Below, piece after piece: positions 12,763 through 23,265 of a stretch of 64,000 nucleotides of DNA. Positions within the stretch are counted from its first letter, which is position 1; the number at the start of each line of letters is the position of its first letter. Below the pieces are notes generated by a model, which ran no database searches, was not told where the DNA came from, and saw only the letters and a program-made list of their open reading frames with translations. This stretch comes from a virus: positions 89,315 to 153,314 of IMG/VR virus record IMGVR_UViG_3300042398_001385; one strand, 5' to 3'. The translations under genes and the position numbers were made by a program.

Positions 12763-13335
12763 TTATATAAATATATCATCGAAATAGTCAACTGCCCATT
12801 GCATAGTCAATTTGTAAATTGATGTTTGTGTATAGTTTAGACCCATTTCAGTGATAGGAGACATAGGGAAACAATCTCTAAGATTAATTTTTCTGAAAAT
12901 ATCACCTTGCTTGTTAAAAACATTTATTAATATATTTCCTGTGTAATCCTTTTTAAGACCCATTGCACCCGTTAAAGGATTATAAATAAGATCAGACCAT
13001 TGACGAAGAACTTTAAATACGTACATAGAATTGCTGTCATTAAGGTTAACCTCAAATTCTATATCAACATCTAAACCAGTTCTTTGAGGAGCTGCACCAG
13101 CGTAATATCTTTTAGCAAATTTATATTGCTGTGTGATTTCCGATGGTGTCTGATCTACCTGTAATCCAGAAACTCTAGTTACTTGCTCAAGCAATATATT
13201 AGAACTCTGAGGGTTTCCCTGTGGAGTAGATATACCTGTTGGCGGAGTAATCTGTACTTCGAATTGGTTAAGAAAAACCGGTTCGTATTTATTAACTGAC
13301 GCCTTGGAGCTTGTATAATGTGGTAATCCTGCCAT
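12763..13335 (-). CDS. Tail tube protein (gp19-like), copy 1
   Basis: Paralogue with the same MAGLPH start; directly after sheath. Confidence 0.8.
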   Translation of the reverse strand: MAGLPHYTSSKASVNKYEPVFLNQFEVQITPPTGISTPQGNPQSSNILLEQVTRVSGLQVDQTPSEITQQYKFAKRYYAGAAPQRTGLDVDIEFEVNLNDSNSMYVFKVLRQWSDLIYNPLTGAMGLKKDYTGNILINVFNKQGDIFRKINLRDCFPMSPITEMGLNYTQTSIYKLTMQWAVDYFDDIFI

Positions 13336-13379
13336 ATTTTTATTTTATATATTTATCTTAGATAATTCTATACAAATTA

Positions 13380-16300
13380 TTAACTAAATTGGATGAATCC
13401 TCCAGAAGCTATACCTCCTGTTCTAGTAACCGTCATTCTATTAATGAATTTATGAATACCTCTTGCTGGTTCGATTATAACATCGATGATTCCGATGTTC
13501 TGATCTATAATAGCAGGTGTATTATTAGAAGAATCCATAATAGTTAAGAAGTTATAAATACCACCTACTGATCTTACTCCTGATAAGTAGTTATCAACTA
13601 GAGTTTTAATCTCAAGTCTTACGTTATCTTCGTTGAAATCAAATACGTAGTTTGATAGTATATCCTCTACTGCACTTTCTACAGTAATTAATAAGTCTCT
13701 TACGTGTAGGTTATTAAATGCAGAGTTTGTTCTTTGGTAGCTTGTTTGGTTACCATATATTACTATACCAACACCTCTTTTACGAATGATAGGGTTAATT
13801 CCGAAAGGCTCTAAGAATTCTCTATCTTGAATATCAAAATCATATTCAAGACCAACTAGATTACCAGCTGATATAATACCTCTCTTAAGACCTGCCACGA
13901 TAGAATAAGGTTCTCCAGTAATGAACTTACGTATAAAGTTGTTAGAAACGTAAGGAGATGGCGGAACGTTTAGATTCTTATTGTTTTCTCTGATTGTTAA
14001 GAAAGGAGCAAAGAATCCTGAGAATTTAGCACCTAGATCTTCATCAGGTAAAGAGAAAGTAAATGAAGGATTTAAACTTAAATTACCTCCATCTGCAATA
14101 TATCTAGCTTGTAAAAGTGGAGCTGGATCTGTTGCAGTAGGTGCAGAAGTAAATCTAGGATCAATAGATTCAGAGAACTTCTTCATTGAAGGTAAGTTAC
14201 AAATTGCTAAACATTTTTGTCTGTTTTTAGCAAGTTTAGTAAGTTGGTATTTACAGTTTGGCTGTATACCTCCGTCAAATGTATCTACGATGTATCTGAA
14301 TGTTATTACGTCAGTATCAGCTAATGTTCTAGCAAGATTTGTATTGTATAAAACATCTAGAATCTCATTCATTCTTGTATCTGTTCCGTTAGGCATAGAA
14401 GCAGCTTTAATATCAGAACCAGGAAGATAAGTAAAGTTGAACGTTTTAACAAATTCTTGGATATTCTTAAACTTCCAAACTCTTGTTGTAGTACCAGGAT
14501 AAAGTTTAATAGGTCTTTCAGTTTTAACCTGTACTGTGTAAAGTCCAGGAGAAGACGCAGAAGCTACTGTTTTAACCTCCAATACTCTTGTTAATCTTGA
14601 TTGTAGATTTTCAGTCAAAGGATTATCATATATCTGAACATCCGTTGATACTAATAGATCTCCAACTTTTATTTTAGAAGCTGTTGCTTCAGCAGTACTT
14701 AATTCTATAATATTAGGTTGTAACTGTGTTATGATGTCTACGAAATCACTAATATTACCAGCAGTTGAAACTATGTTAAAGCTTTCTCCTGATGCTTGGT
14801 TAGCTCCTATAGGTAAAGAACTAATATAAGTAGAATCCCAAGTAGCAATAGATTCAGGGGTTGATAATGTATCATCAGCATAAGCTCGGCAAACTAGGAT
14901 ATTGTATCCGTCTCTATCTACATTTACTTCGAATTTTAAATATTGTAATAAAGTACCTGTATCATCTTTCCAGTCAATGTCGCCATCGCCTATATTCCCT
15001 TTAACCCAGTCTCTATACATAGCAGAGTTCTCGTAAGCTAAATAGCTATCCAATCCTACTGGAATATCTGGTGAGAAGTATACGTCATCATTATCAAAGT
15101 AATCAGGATTACCTATTTGGTAAGCTGAAACTGAGCTCTTATTTGTTATATCATAAGGTTCAACATATGTTGTAGATGCAGTAGAACCAATTAGTGGGTG
15201 GTTAAGCCTCAATCTCAACTGTTGCTTAAGTCCAACAGGTAAAGTGTTATTTGTTATAAATTTATTCTCTACTACTCTTAATTTAACAAGATCACCCTCA
15301 TAGAATCCTAAATATCCAGGAGTTGGAAGATTGGAAGTAACTTTACCAACTACCCATTTTACTGCTGGTGCATTGCTAGAAGTATCTAGGAAACTTTCTA
15401 GTGTTGTTATTTGATCGTCATGTAATGTTGGAGACGTAAATAATGTATCTAGATAAATTGCTCCACCATCTCTAGCAGTAGGATTATAAGTATCCCATAA
15501 TGTTGTAGGGATACCTGCATCACCAGTTGTATTGTATAAAATATCCTCTACAAGAGTACCAGTTTCAGGAAGAATATCCATACCAGGACCAGGAGAAACA
15601 GCATCCTGTAACTCAGTTCCTCCAGTAGAACCTGCTAAATTCTTATAGTAAGTATAATCAGCAAATAAATTTTGACTATAAGATAAGAAATTAAGGTTCT
15701 TAGGAATAGCTGTGATATCTGCATCAGGACCTATTTCGTCTACTATATGGTGACCAACTAAGTCAAAAACTGATGAGTTATCTAATAGATCGTCTAAAGC
15801 TTCCTCATTAACAGCACAGAATATACCAGTTGTAGCTGTTTGATTATTAATTAGCGTCTGGATGTATCTTAATGTACCGTTTTGGTCTGTAAAGTTAGGT
15901 ATAATTGTACCAGTAGTGGTTAGAACTATATTAACTCCATTAAGGGATAAGAAATTATCTATTTGAGATTTAATAAACCCTTTAGATGTAAAATATTGAC
16001 TGTAAACTGGGTCGTTAGCTAAAGCTTGATAATCCGTCCAGTTTCCACTTACAACTATAACATCTACAAACCAATCTGAAAGATAATCATACTGATTCAT
16101 GTAAGATGGAACGTTATCCGATCCAAAATATTCTCTAGCTGTAATATCAAATCCTTTTAAAGGGAATTTAGAATCTAGAGATTTTCTTACTATGATACTT
16201 ACGGGGTTTTGCCCAAGATTAACTAAGCTAAATAATTTTCTAGAATCTGGTTGAGATCCAGAATTATCCTCAGTTGCTAAGAAATATGTCGTATCTGGGA

Positions 16301-16778
16301 ACCAAAATTTCTCCTTATTGTAGTATGAAGATAATAATTTATCCTGTTTTGTTAGTGGATCTGAGTACCCTCCTGTCGCATTAGCTCCGTTTTGCTCCTC
16401 AGTGTCCATAGAGAAAGCTCTATATCTAGCTACATCAGCTCCTGCAGAATATTCAGGATCTCCATTTTCATCAACAGAATTATTTAATAATCTTAGATTT
16501 AGTGCAAAGATAGGTCCGCTCTGAAGACATACTAAAGAAGATCTGTGGAAAAATGATCCTTTTTTCTCTAAAGCCTTATCTATACCGCCAAATACAGATT
16601 GGAATGTCGTGATATCTGGACAATAAACCGGGGTATTGAAGTTACCAATATTAGAATAACCAACTACCAATCTAATCGTAGAAGGATTTATAATAATGTT
16701 TTCACTAGCATCAAATTCTAAAGTATAAACCCCAGATGCTTTAAATTGGGATAAATCAAGTTTGACTTGTCTTGCCAT
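13380..16778 (-). CDS. Contractile tail sheath protein (gp18-like)
   Basis: SGVYTLE N-terminus; C-terminal GINPI...IYGNQT...LHVRDLL...FDFN sheath signature. Confidence 0.9.
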   Translation of the reverse strand: MARQVKLDLSQFKASGVYTLEFDASENIIINPSTIRLVVGYSNIGNFNTPVYCPDITTFQSVFGGIDKALEKKGSFFHRSSLVCLQSGPIFALNLRLLNNSVDENGDPEYSAGADVARYRAFSMDTEEQNGANATGGYSDPLTKQDKLLSSYYNKEKFWFPDTTYFLATEDNSGSQPDSRKLFSLVNLGQNPVSIIVRKSLDSKFPLKGFDITAREYFGSDNVPSYMNQYDYLSDWFVDVIVVSGNWTDYQALANDPVYSQYFTSKGFIKSQIDNFLSLNGVNIVLTTTGTIIPNFTDQNGTLRYIQTLINNQTATTGIFCAVNEEALDDLLDNSSVFDLVGHHIVDEIGPDADITAIPKNLNFLSYSQNLFADYTYYKNLAGSTGGTELQDAVSPGPGMDILPETGTLVEDILYNTTGDAGIPTTLWDTYNPTARDGGAIYLDTLFTSPTLHDDQITTLESFLDTSSNAPAVKWVVGKVTSNLPTPGYLGFYEGDLVKLRVVENKFITNNTLPVGLKQQLRLRLNHPLIGSTASTTYVEPYDITNKSSVSAYQIGNPDYFDNDDVYFSPDIPVGLDSYLAYENSAMYRDWVKGNIGDGDIDWKDDTGTLLQYLKFEVNVDRDGYNILVCRAYADDTLSTPESIATWDSTYISSLPIGANQASGESFNIVSTAGNISDFVDIITQLQPNIIELSTAEATASKIKVGDLLVSTDVQIYDNPLTENLQSRLTRVLEVKTVASASSPGLYTVQVKTERPIKLYPGTTTRVWKFKNIQEFVKTFNFTYLPGSDIKAASMPNGTDTRMNEILDVLYNTNLARTLADTDVITFRYIVDTFDGGIQPNCKYQLTKLAKNRQKCLAICNLPSMKKFSESIDPRFTSAPTATDPAPLLQARYIADGGNLSLNPSFTFSLPDEDLGAKFSGFFAPFLTIRENNKNLNVPPSPYVSNNFIRKFITGEPYSIVAGLKRGIISAGNLVGLEYDFDIQDREFLEPFGINPIIRKRGVGIVIYGNQTSYQRTNSAFNNLHVRDLLITVESAVEDILSNYVFDFNEDNVRLEIKTLVDNYLSGVRSVGGIYNFLTIMDSSNNTPAIIDQNIGIIDVIIEPARGIHKFINRMTVTRTGGIASGGFIQFS

Positions 16779-16847
16779 TTTTAAATTTTATTTTATATTC
16801 TAAGAAGTTCTGTATACTTCTTTTTCTATGTATATATCATTCTTCCT

Positions 16848-18653
16848 TCAAGAATCAAGGAGACCGTTTAAGAAAGTATAATTTGAAATGTCGCTATTTT
16901 TGTTTTGAGCGGATTCATTAGCTTCTGATAGCCTTTCTTCTATCATTTTTTTGAATTTTTCTGGGATAATATCGTAAATATCCATCACAGTCTCTTGAAA
17001 ATCGCCATTATCGAATACACAATTTATGTTTACGAGGGTCATAGCTTCGTCATCTTTACCTATTTGACTGGAGAAACTACCATTAGGATTTATACCAAAA
17101 TTTGCCAATTCGTGTATACCGTTTTTATTAGAAGGGATTATTTTATATGATCTTGTGTTTATTTTTAGATCGTAGCAAAATTTTTCTTTGTTTTTTACTG
17201 TGAGTTTAACTCCAGGCTTTAATTTGGTGCTTGCTTCAGAGTGTTTAGTATAAACAAACATTTCATCAAAGAAATCTTCTGAATCTAGTAGCTTGTCCAT
17301 TAACATTTCACCCTTATGATCTAATTCTAATACTACTCTTGTATTATCTACTCCTAGTATATCTAATATTAAAATCTCGAGAAAAACTTTAAACTCTTCT
17401 ATCTCTATAATATTAGATCTAAATATTCCAACCTGAAGCAAGCAGAAAAAATCACTTTCGTCCTCAAAAAATCTCTTACTTTTTATCACACTGCTAGGCA
17501 TGGGTGCTACTTTGAAAATATTAGCTACAGAATAGTCTCCGCCACCACCACTAGCTGTATCTATAGAAATATAAAATTTTTGACCATCCTTTTCAAATAT
17601 TGAAGCTGGATCGAATTTTGGGTGCCATAAAAGATTAGAATAATCTATGGTACTTCTTTCAAATGATGATAGTTCGTGGTATCTAAATTGCTCCTCTGAT
17701 GTTTTTAATCTTTTTAACGTATTAGAATCCAATAGCAATCTAGATGAAGAAAGGAATTGACACCCATACTCCTGGTTAAAATCCTCTTCAGACCCTAAAG
17801 CAGCTATTTCTTTTCTTTTCCATTCTTCGTCTCTTCCAGGGACCTGCCACCATTCAACCCTTATTGGATTAAATTCATTTTCACCTTCAACCGCTCCTTT
17901 ATAAATTTCAAAAAATTTATTCATACCGTTAGGAGTAGAAGTTATAATAACCCTTGCAATTTGTGATGATGATATGGTAGGATAAACCGATTTAAAGAAT
18001 TGGTTTATGAAGTTAGGGTTAATGTGAGCAAACTCATCCATGTATAACATATGGATTGTATAACCGATAGAAGATGTTTTAGTTGTTGTTTTAGCCATTA
18101 TACGACATCCATTATCAAACTTCATAGTCATTACGTTATAAACAACTAAACCTGGCTTTAGGAAGAAAGGTAATCCTTTCATAATTACCTTGATCTTATC
18201 CATTAACTCTGCTGCGGTATCTCCAATATTCGCCATAATCATGGCATTTTTTTCAAAATTAAATAGAAGATACCATAATAAAAATATAGATGATGTAATG
18301 GTTTTACCAGATTGTCTAGGAGATACGAAGACGTTTTTTCTGTGGTGTTGGTATTGATTTAATATTTGTATCTGATAATCTCTCAGTAATATCTGTCTAA
18401 TGCCCTCGTCGGTCATTACGTGACAATATTTATTAGCAAAATAAACTACATCCTCCGCACATTTTTTAATCTCCTCTAACTCGAATTCAGTATATTCAAA
18501 AAGAATATTTCCTTTTCTTAACTCTGGATCGTTCTCATGGAAGGGATTATCCACATCCTTGTAGTCTACTCCATTTTCCTCTGCATCGTATACTAGTTTA
18601 TCAACTTTTGCAGTAGACCAAAAATTACTGGATTTTTCTTCCTTCATAAGCAT
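16848..18653 (-). CDS. Terminase large subunit (gp17-like)
   Basis: PRQSGKT Walker A, YMDEFAH Walker B, ITSTPNG, FNQEY, nuclease D-T-A-S-G...DYS. Confidence 0.95.
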   Translation of the reverse strand: MLMKEEKSSNFWSTAKVDKLVYDAEENGVDYKDVDNPFHENDPELRKGNILFEYTEFELEEIKKCAEDVVYFANKYCHVMTDEGIRQILLRDYQIQILNQYQHHRKNVFVSPRQSGKTITSSIFLLWYLLFNFEKNAMIMANIGDTAAELMDKIKVIMKGLPFFLKPGLVVYNVMTMKFDNGCRIMAKTTTKTSSIGYTIHMLYMDEFAHINPNFINQFFKSVYPTISSSQIARVIITSTPNGMNKFFEIYKGAVEGENEFNPIRVEWWQVPGRDEEWKRKEIAALGSEEDFNQEYGCQFLSSSRLLLDSNTLKRLKTSEEQFRYHELSSFERSTIDYSNLLWHPKFDPASIFEKDGQKFYISIDTASGGGGDYSVANIFKVAPMPSSVIKSKRFFEDESDFFCLLQVGIFRSNIIEIEEFKVFLEILILDILGVDNTRVVLELDHKGEMLMDKLLDSEDFFDEMFVYTKHSEASTKLKPGVKLTVKNKEKFCYDLKINTRSYKIIPSNKNGIHELANFGINPNGSFSSQIGKDDEAMTLVNINCVFDNGDFQETVMDIYDIIPEKFKKMIEERLSEANESAQNKNSDISNYTFLNGLLDS

Positions 18654-18656
18654 ATA

Positions 18657-19427
18657 TTAAAATATATCGTCGTCTAGTTCAAAATCTATTTCGTCGTCAC
18701 CTCCTAAAAGATCTGTTGTTCCTCCGAATTTTGTCCTAGGATTTATAAGGCTATCGTCAGGTGGATCATTGTTTACTATTTCTGCATCTTTTACTATACT
18801 ACCGTTTTTCATAACATTCTGAAGATTTTCCATAAGACTTCTAGTTCCTCTTGCTTTCAATAAATCTTCATTTTCTTTAGATTGTATAATATTTCCGTTT
18901 TCGTCAAATTGTATATCTCCGCCTTTATTAACCTCCTCTGATTCTATTTTTAATTGTTTATAGTTTTTCTCCATTTGTGTCATATATGAAGAAAAGTTTT
19001 TAGGCATCTGCATTATTTGATTTTGTAGCTGTGCTAAAACCTCGAATAATCTTGGCTCTACTCTTCCTGAATCAATTTCTTCTATAAGCTTAGCTATAGC
19101 ATGCTGTGCAGTTCTTATTTGAAATGCCATAGTAGATATACTCATGGCATCTATTTTTTGTTTGTGCTTTATGTATGAATCTTCAGAAAGATTATCCATA
19201 TCATTATAAAATTTTGAAAGAGAATCTAATATAGCTCTTGCTTCTATTTCAACCTCAGTTTTTACCCCATCTATATTAAGCTCTCTGTGTTGCTTAATTG
19301 GTGGTATATCTGGTGTACTTAATCCGGATAGCATTTCATCTGCTAAAATTATACTATCAAGCCTATCTTTAAGATTAAGCTCTTGTTCTTTAGAAAGATT
19401 CTGCGTTTTTGGTTTTCTTCTTGGCAT
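18657..19427 (-). CDS. Helical protein, candidate terminase small subunit
   Basis: Directly upstream of TerL; PRLFEVLAQL resembles the gp16 PRxxEV motif. Confidence 0.5.
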   Translation of the reverse strand: MPRRKPKTQNLSKEQELNLKDRLDSIILADEMLSGLSTPDIPPIKQHRELNIDGVKTEVEIEARAILDSLSKFYNDMDNLSEDSYIKHKQKIDAMSISTMAFQIRTAQHAIAKLIEEIDSGRVEPRLFEVLAQLQNQIMQMPKNFSSYMTQMEKNYKQLKIESEEVNKGGDIQFDENGNIIQSKENEDLLKARGTRSLMENLQNVMKNGSIVKDAEIVNNDPPDDSLINPRTKFGGTTDLLGGDDEIDFELDDDIF

Positions 19428-19430
19428 AAA

Positions 19431-21620
19431 TTATCTGTTTCTGGCAACTTTTGGAAGTTTCAAGATAGGCTTAGCATTATCTATTATTATAGCTAATTGA
19501 GCATCTCCGACTATATTCTGATTTAATAAAGTCGATTGTTTTTCCTCTTCTACCATTTGTTTAAAAAATCTATAATTAGTTACCCATAATGGGCAAGATC
19601 TTGTTTTATATGAATAATTATTTGTTCCATAAAAAGGACTATCGTAACTTTCCTCTATAACAGGAGGAATGTCGAAAGTGTATACTTGACTTGTTACCCC
19701 ATCTAAAGAATGTACTAAGCTAAGATCCGATGTTTGTGTGGAGGGATTATCTGGATCATATGTCAATCTCCATACATTTATAGAATATTGTCTGAATATA
19801 TTAGAGAAATTAAAAACAAATCCATACCAATCATCAGTAGTAGGTATAAATTCTCCTATTGTACTTGGTATACCTGCTCCAAAAGGTGAGATTATCTCTA
19901 GGTTGTTTATTTTAATTCTAAAACTTCCAGTTTGTAAATAATTGTTATCCGATGGGCTATTAACTGAATTTGATCCACTCCATATAAAATCTATCAATAT
20001 TCCCTGGCCGTTATAATATCCATCGAATAAAATCCTGGATTGAGCCTTTTGCATTTTCCAACCAGCTGTATTAGCTGGTGAAGGAGCTCCGTTATCTTTT
20101 ATTTTAAATCTAAACTGGTCTAAGATCTCTATTAATTCAAATCCTCCAGATCTAGTCCCGTCTGCTAATATTGAAACAAACCCATTAGGATTCCCGCCCA
20201 TTACTAATTTATGTGGAATAGGATAAGTGCTGTAAGTTATTTCATCAGTCCCTATATTATCTATAGTAATAGAAAGCTTAGAAGCGGGCTTAGGAACTAA
20301 CTTAGACCTGTCTAAATAGTTTCTATTCCTAAACCAGCAAAGAAAAGATCTTTCTTCGTTTTCTGTTAATATAGGATCAGCTTTCCATCTAACTGCGTCT
20401 CTTTCTATTTGTAAAATTTCAGGAGATGATGGATCTACTTGATTTTGTGAATCAACAAATATTTTATCTAGATCATAATAATTATTAAATACTATGGTCC
20501 AATTATTATTAAGATCATATTCTATTATAGGAAGATCCTTATTTATATATGATCTTATAGGATCCTCGAATCTTCTTTGGGATGTAATAGCATATTGCTG
20601 TGGCTTTGTTAATTCTATCTCCTCATTTTTTATTTCCTCACCAAATAGGTCTTTAGTATTAACCGTGTAATCTAAAAGTTCCGTTTCTGCCTCTGTATTT
20701 AAAAATGTAGTATTTTTCTTAACCTCGTATTTAGCTAATTGTATTTTAAAATATACTGGATAATTATTAATGTCTCTAAAAACGTACATAGAATCTATTT
20801 GGTAGATCCTATTGGTTATAGGAAAGTATATTATATCTCTTTTTCTTGGTTGTGACCCTTTACCAAATATTCCTTCGAAATACTTTCTATCTATATGAAT
20901 TTCAAAAGGCTGGGCAAAGTTTAACCCCCATGAATCAAATGTTAATGCTGCATCTGGGAATTGGTTGTTTGGAACCATAACCTTAATACATTTTTCATCT
21001 ACAACATTAAATAAATTATATTCCTTTAGTACTACATCCTTTCCCCTTCCTTGTGGTTGTACTGAATAATAAACAACCTCATGGCCAAATACATTATTAA
21101 CGATCTTACTTAGATCCTGGTACATATTTATTGACCTGTTTATATCATAAGGTCTAAAAGTAAAATCACAGTCAGAAAAAACTATAGGATAATTTGTTAG
21201 CTCCTTACTACATAAGGGTGCTGGAGGATTACTCATCAAGCTCCTAGGATCTACAGTTTTATATGTTAGATTAAGCTCAAAGTCTAATAATACTATAGGA
21301 GGGCTCAAAGGAGTTCCTGGCGGATAATATGGACTAGAATTTTCATCAGATGAAGCAGTCATCCTTATCTCTATCCATAGTGGATTATCAGGGGATATTA
21401 ATATGCTTTGTATTGAAGATTCTGTAAGCTCTGTCCACAAAGACCAATTGGAACCGTTTATACTCCATCTATACTCTAGATATAGATATATGTGTGGAGG
21501 ATCTTCTCCGCTAGTATCTATGGTCCATCCAGTAAATGATTCTACATTTTTGAATGGTTCTGACCAGGATATGATCCTATAGTTTCCTATACCTGAAAAT
21601 TCTATTAAGCTTTCTGCCAT
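19431..21620 (-). CDS. Neck / head-closure protein (gp14-like core with extra domains)
   Basis: GHEVVYY, FDSWGL and PRKRDIIYFP...YQI motifs. Confidence 0.65.
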   Translation of the reverse strand: MAESLIEFSGIGNYRIISWSEPFKNVESFTGWTIDTSGEDPPHIYLYLEYRWSINGSNWSLWTELTESSIQSILISPDNPLWIEIRMTASSDENSSPYYPPGTPLSPPIVLLDFELNLTYKTVDPRSLMSNPPAPLCSKELTNYPIVFSDCDFTFRPYDINRSINMYQDLSKIVNNVFGHEVVYYSVQPQGRGKDVVLKEYNLFNVVDEKCIKVMVPNNQFPDAALTFDSWGLNFAQPFEIHIDRKYFEGIFGKGSQPRKRDIIYFPITNRIYQIDSMYVFRDINNYPVYFKIQLAKYEVKKNTTFLNTEAETELLDYTVNTKDLFGEEIKNEEIELTKPQQYAITSQRRFEDPIRSYINKDLPIIEYDLNNNWTIVFNNYYDLDKIFVDSQNQVDPSSPEILQIERDAVRWKADPILTENEERSFLCWFRNRNYLDRSKLVPKPASKLSITIDNIGTDEITYSTYPIPHKLVMGGNPNGFVSILADGTRSGGFELIEILDQFRFKIKDNGAPSPANTAGWKMQKAQSRILFDGYYNGQGILIDFIWSGSNSVNSPSDNNYLQTGSFRIKINNLEIISPFGAGIPSTIGEFIPTTDDWYGFVFNFSNIFRQYSINVWRLTYDPDNPSTQTSDLSLVHSLDGVTSQVYTFDIPPVIEESYDSPFYGTNNYSYKTRSCPLWVTNYRFFKQMVEEEKQSTLLNQNIVGDAQLAIIIDNAKPILKLPKVARNR

Positions 21621-21659
21621 TTTTGGCTTTTGTTTCTAATATATATCAGTAAAAACTAT

Positions 21660-21980
21660 ATGAAAAAATTTAGAGCGCAAATGGAGAGGTTTAGTTTCGC
21701 ACAGCTTACTTCAAATTCTGACGGTAAAACATCCGGTAGCGGTACAGCAGGACTTTACATAGTTTTCATTGGGGGAATATGCTTTTTTCTTGGCTGTATA
21801 GATAAAATGTTTTTAGATAAGAGTGTTGATATTCTTACTCAATCTATAATCCTAGTATCATTAGGAGCAGCACTTCTTGGATATAGAAAATCAAAAGATT
21901 CTGGAGTATCCGATTTAGAAGGTGAAGTTAAAGAGGAAACTTCTAGCGAAGGATCAGCTGAAGAGCCACTAAATTCTTAA
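21660..21980 (+). CDS. Small two-helix membrane protein, holin-like
   Basis: Two hydrophobic helices and a charged C-terminus; ATG at 21660. Confidence 0.5.
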   Translation: MKKFRAQMERFSFAQLTSNSDGKTSGSGTAGLYIVFIGGICFFLGCIDKMFLDKSVDILTQSIILVSLGAALLGYRKSKDSGVSDLEGEVKEETSSEGSAEEPLNS

Positions 21981-22813
21981 GGATTAGAAGGAGCTTCTCC
22001 AGTTGCACCAGTTGCACCAGTGATATCTTTTTTGATATCATATATTCCTAGTCCAGATATTATTGTGCTGTTATCAGGAGGAGCTGTACCTAATTCAACA
22101 TTAAGTCTTATTCCACCTTGCATTAGATTTCCTCTAAATCTTTCGGTTGTTTGATCTATATCAGGTAAATAAGTTTCTAACTCCATAGAAAAACTTAATG
22201 TTATTGCTTCTCCTCTTTGAGATCCATATGATAATTGAAAATTATTAGGTTGTTTATCTGGCGGAGCATCTCCTAGACTAACCTGTACAGGTATTCTGAA
22301 TCCTTTGTAATAGAAATAATAAACGAATCTTTTGTAAAGTATCTCTAAAACACTTTGCTGTATTTTAAAAGCATCTAGTGTAGTATCAGCTTTTATCTTA
22401 GCATTTATCGATATGCCTAGAGGAATTGGGTAGAAATAAGATGAATATGTAACCATTTCGCTACCTGTATCTTTTTCTACTTCCTTAGCATATGAACCAC
22501 GAACGAATTTAGTTGTAGCAGATCCGGTGTCTATTCTAGTAGCACCTAGCTCTAAAATACCTCTAGGAATTACGTCATAATTACCTTCTGCAAATGCTGG
22601 TTTACCGTCGCAGTCTTCATAAGATAGATAAAAATCCTGAAGGAATGGTTCGTCACCAACCATCGAATAAAAGAAAGGTATGTATATAGTTGTAACATTC
22701 TGATCACTATCAGTTTGTTCGTATGTTACAGCTTCATTAAGCTTACTTAAAAGTCCTATTATAATACCTCTAAAAAATACATCGTCTGTATTATATTTTT
22801 CTAAAAAATTCAT
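21977..22813 (-). CDS. Tail terminator / sheath stabiliser (gp15-like)
   Basis: IPFFY, IPRG, PIPLGISI and QQSVLE pattern; structural context. Confidence 0.6.
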   Translation of the reverse strand: MNFLEKYNTDDVFFRGIIIGLLSKLNEAVTYEQTDSDQNVTTIYIPFFYSMVGDEPFLQDFYLSYEDCDGKPAFAEGNYDVIPRGILELGATRIDTGSATTKFVRGSYAKEVEKDTGSEMVTYSSYFYPIPLGISINAKIKADTTLDAFKIQQSVLEILYKRFVYYFYYKGFRIPVQVSLGDAPPDKQPNNFQLSYGSQRGEAITLSFSMELETYLPDIDQTTERFRGNLMQGGIRLNVELGTAPPDNSTIISGLGIYDIKKDITGATGATGEAPSNP

Positions 22814-23253
22814 ATAGTATTATTTAAATCGTTATCCAGAATAGCGGACGTTTTATCTCTAATTATTGGTTTACTACCGTATTGATAAGGATCCTTCTCT
22901 AAATCTATAACCCTTATTTTTGATTGTAAATAGATTGGAATTTCTCTCATCTTAAATCTTAAAGGCTGTTTATTTGAATTTTTGTAATCCGGGTGGTAAA
23001 AATCACCTGTTGCATATTCTAGATCCGTAAGTTCTCTACATTCATAAACTGTTGACGTTTCAACAAATTTAAAGTATCTTTTAAGTTGGGATATTCCGTC
23101 ATTCTTGTTAACAGGAACTATAAATCTGTAAACAAAATATTCTTTCTGTGGGATGTCATCTGCTAAAGAGTCTGATTTAACAACAAGAAAATAGTTAAAA
23201 GTGGGATTAAGATTCCTTATTGATTCCGTTCCCGCGGGATATAATTCTGCCAT
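22810..23253 (-). CDS. Hypothetical late protein
   Basis: ORF; GATATATA at 23258-23265. Confidence 0.6.
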   Translation of the reverse strand: MAELYPAGTESIRNLNPTFNYFLVVKSDSLADDIPQKEYFVYRFIVPVNKNDGISQLKRYFKFVETSTVYECRELTDLEYATGDFYHPDYKNSNKQPLRFKMREIPIYLQSKIRVIDLEKDPYQYGSKPIIRDKTSAILDNDLNNTI

Positions 23254-23265
23254 GTTTTATATATC

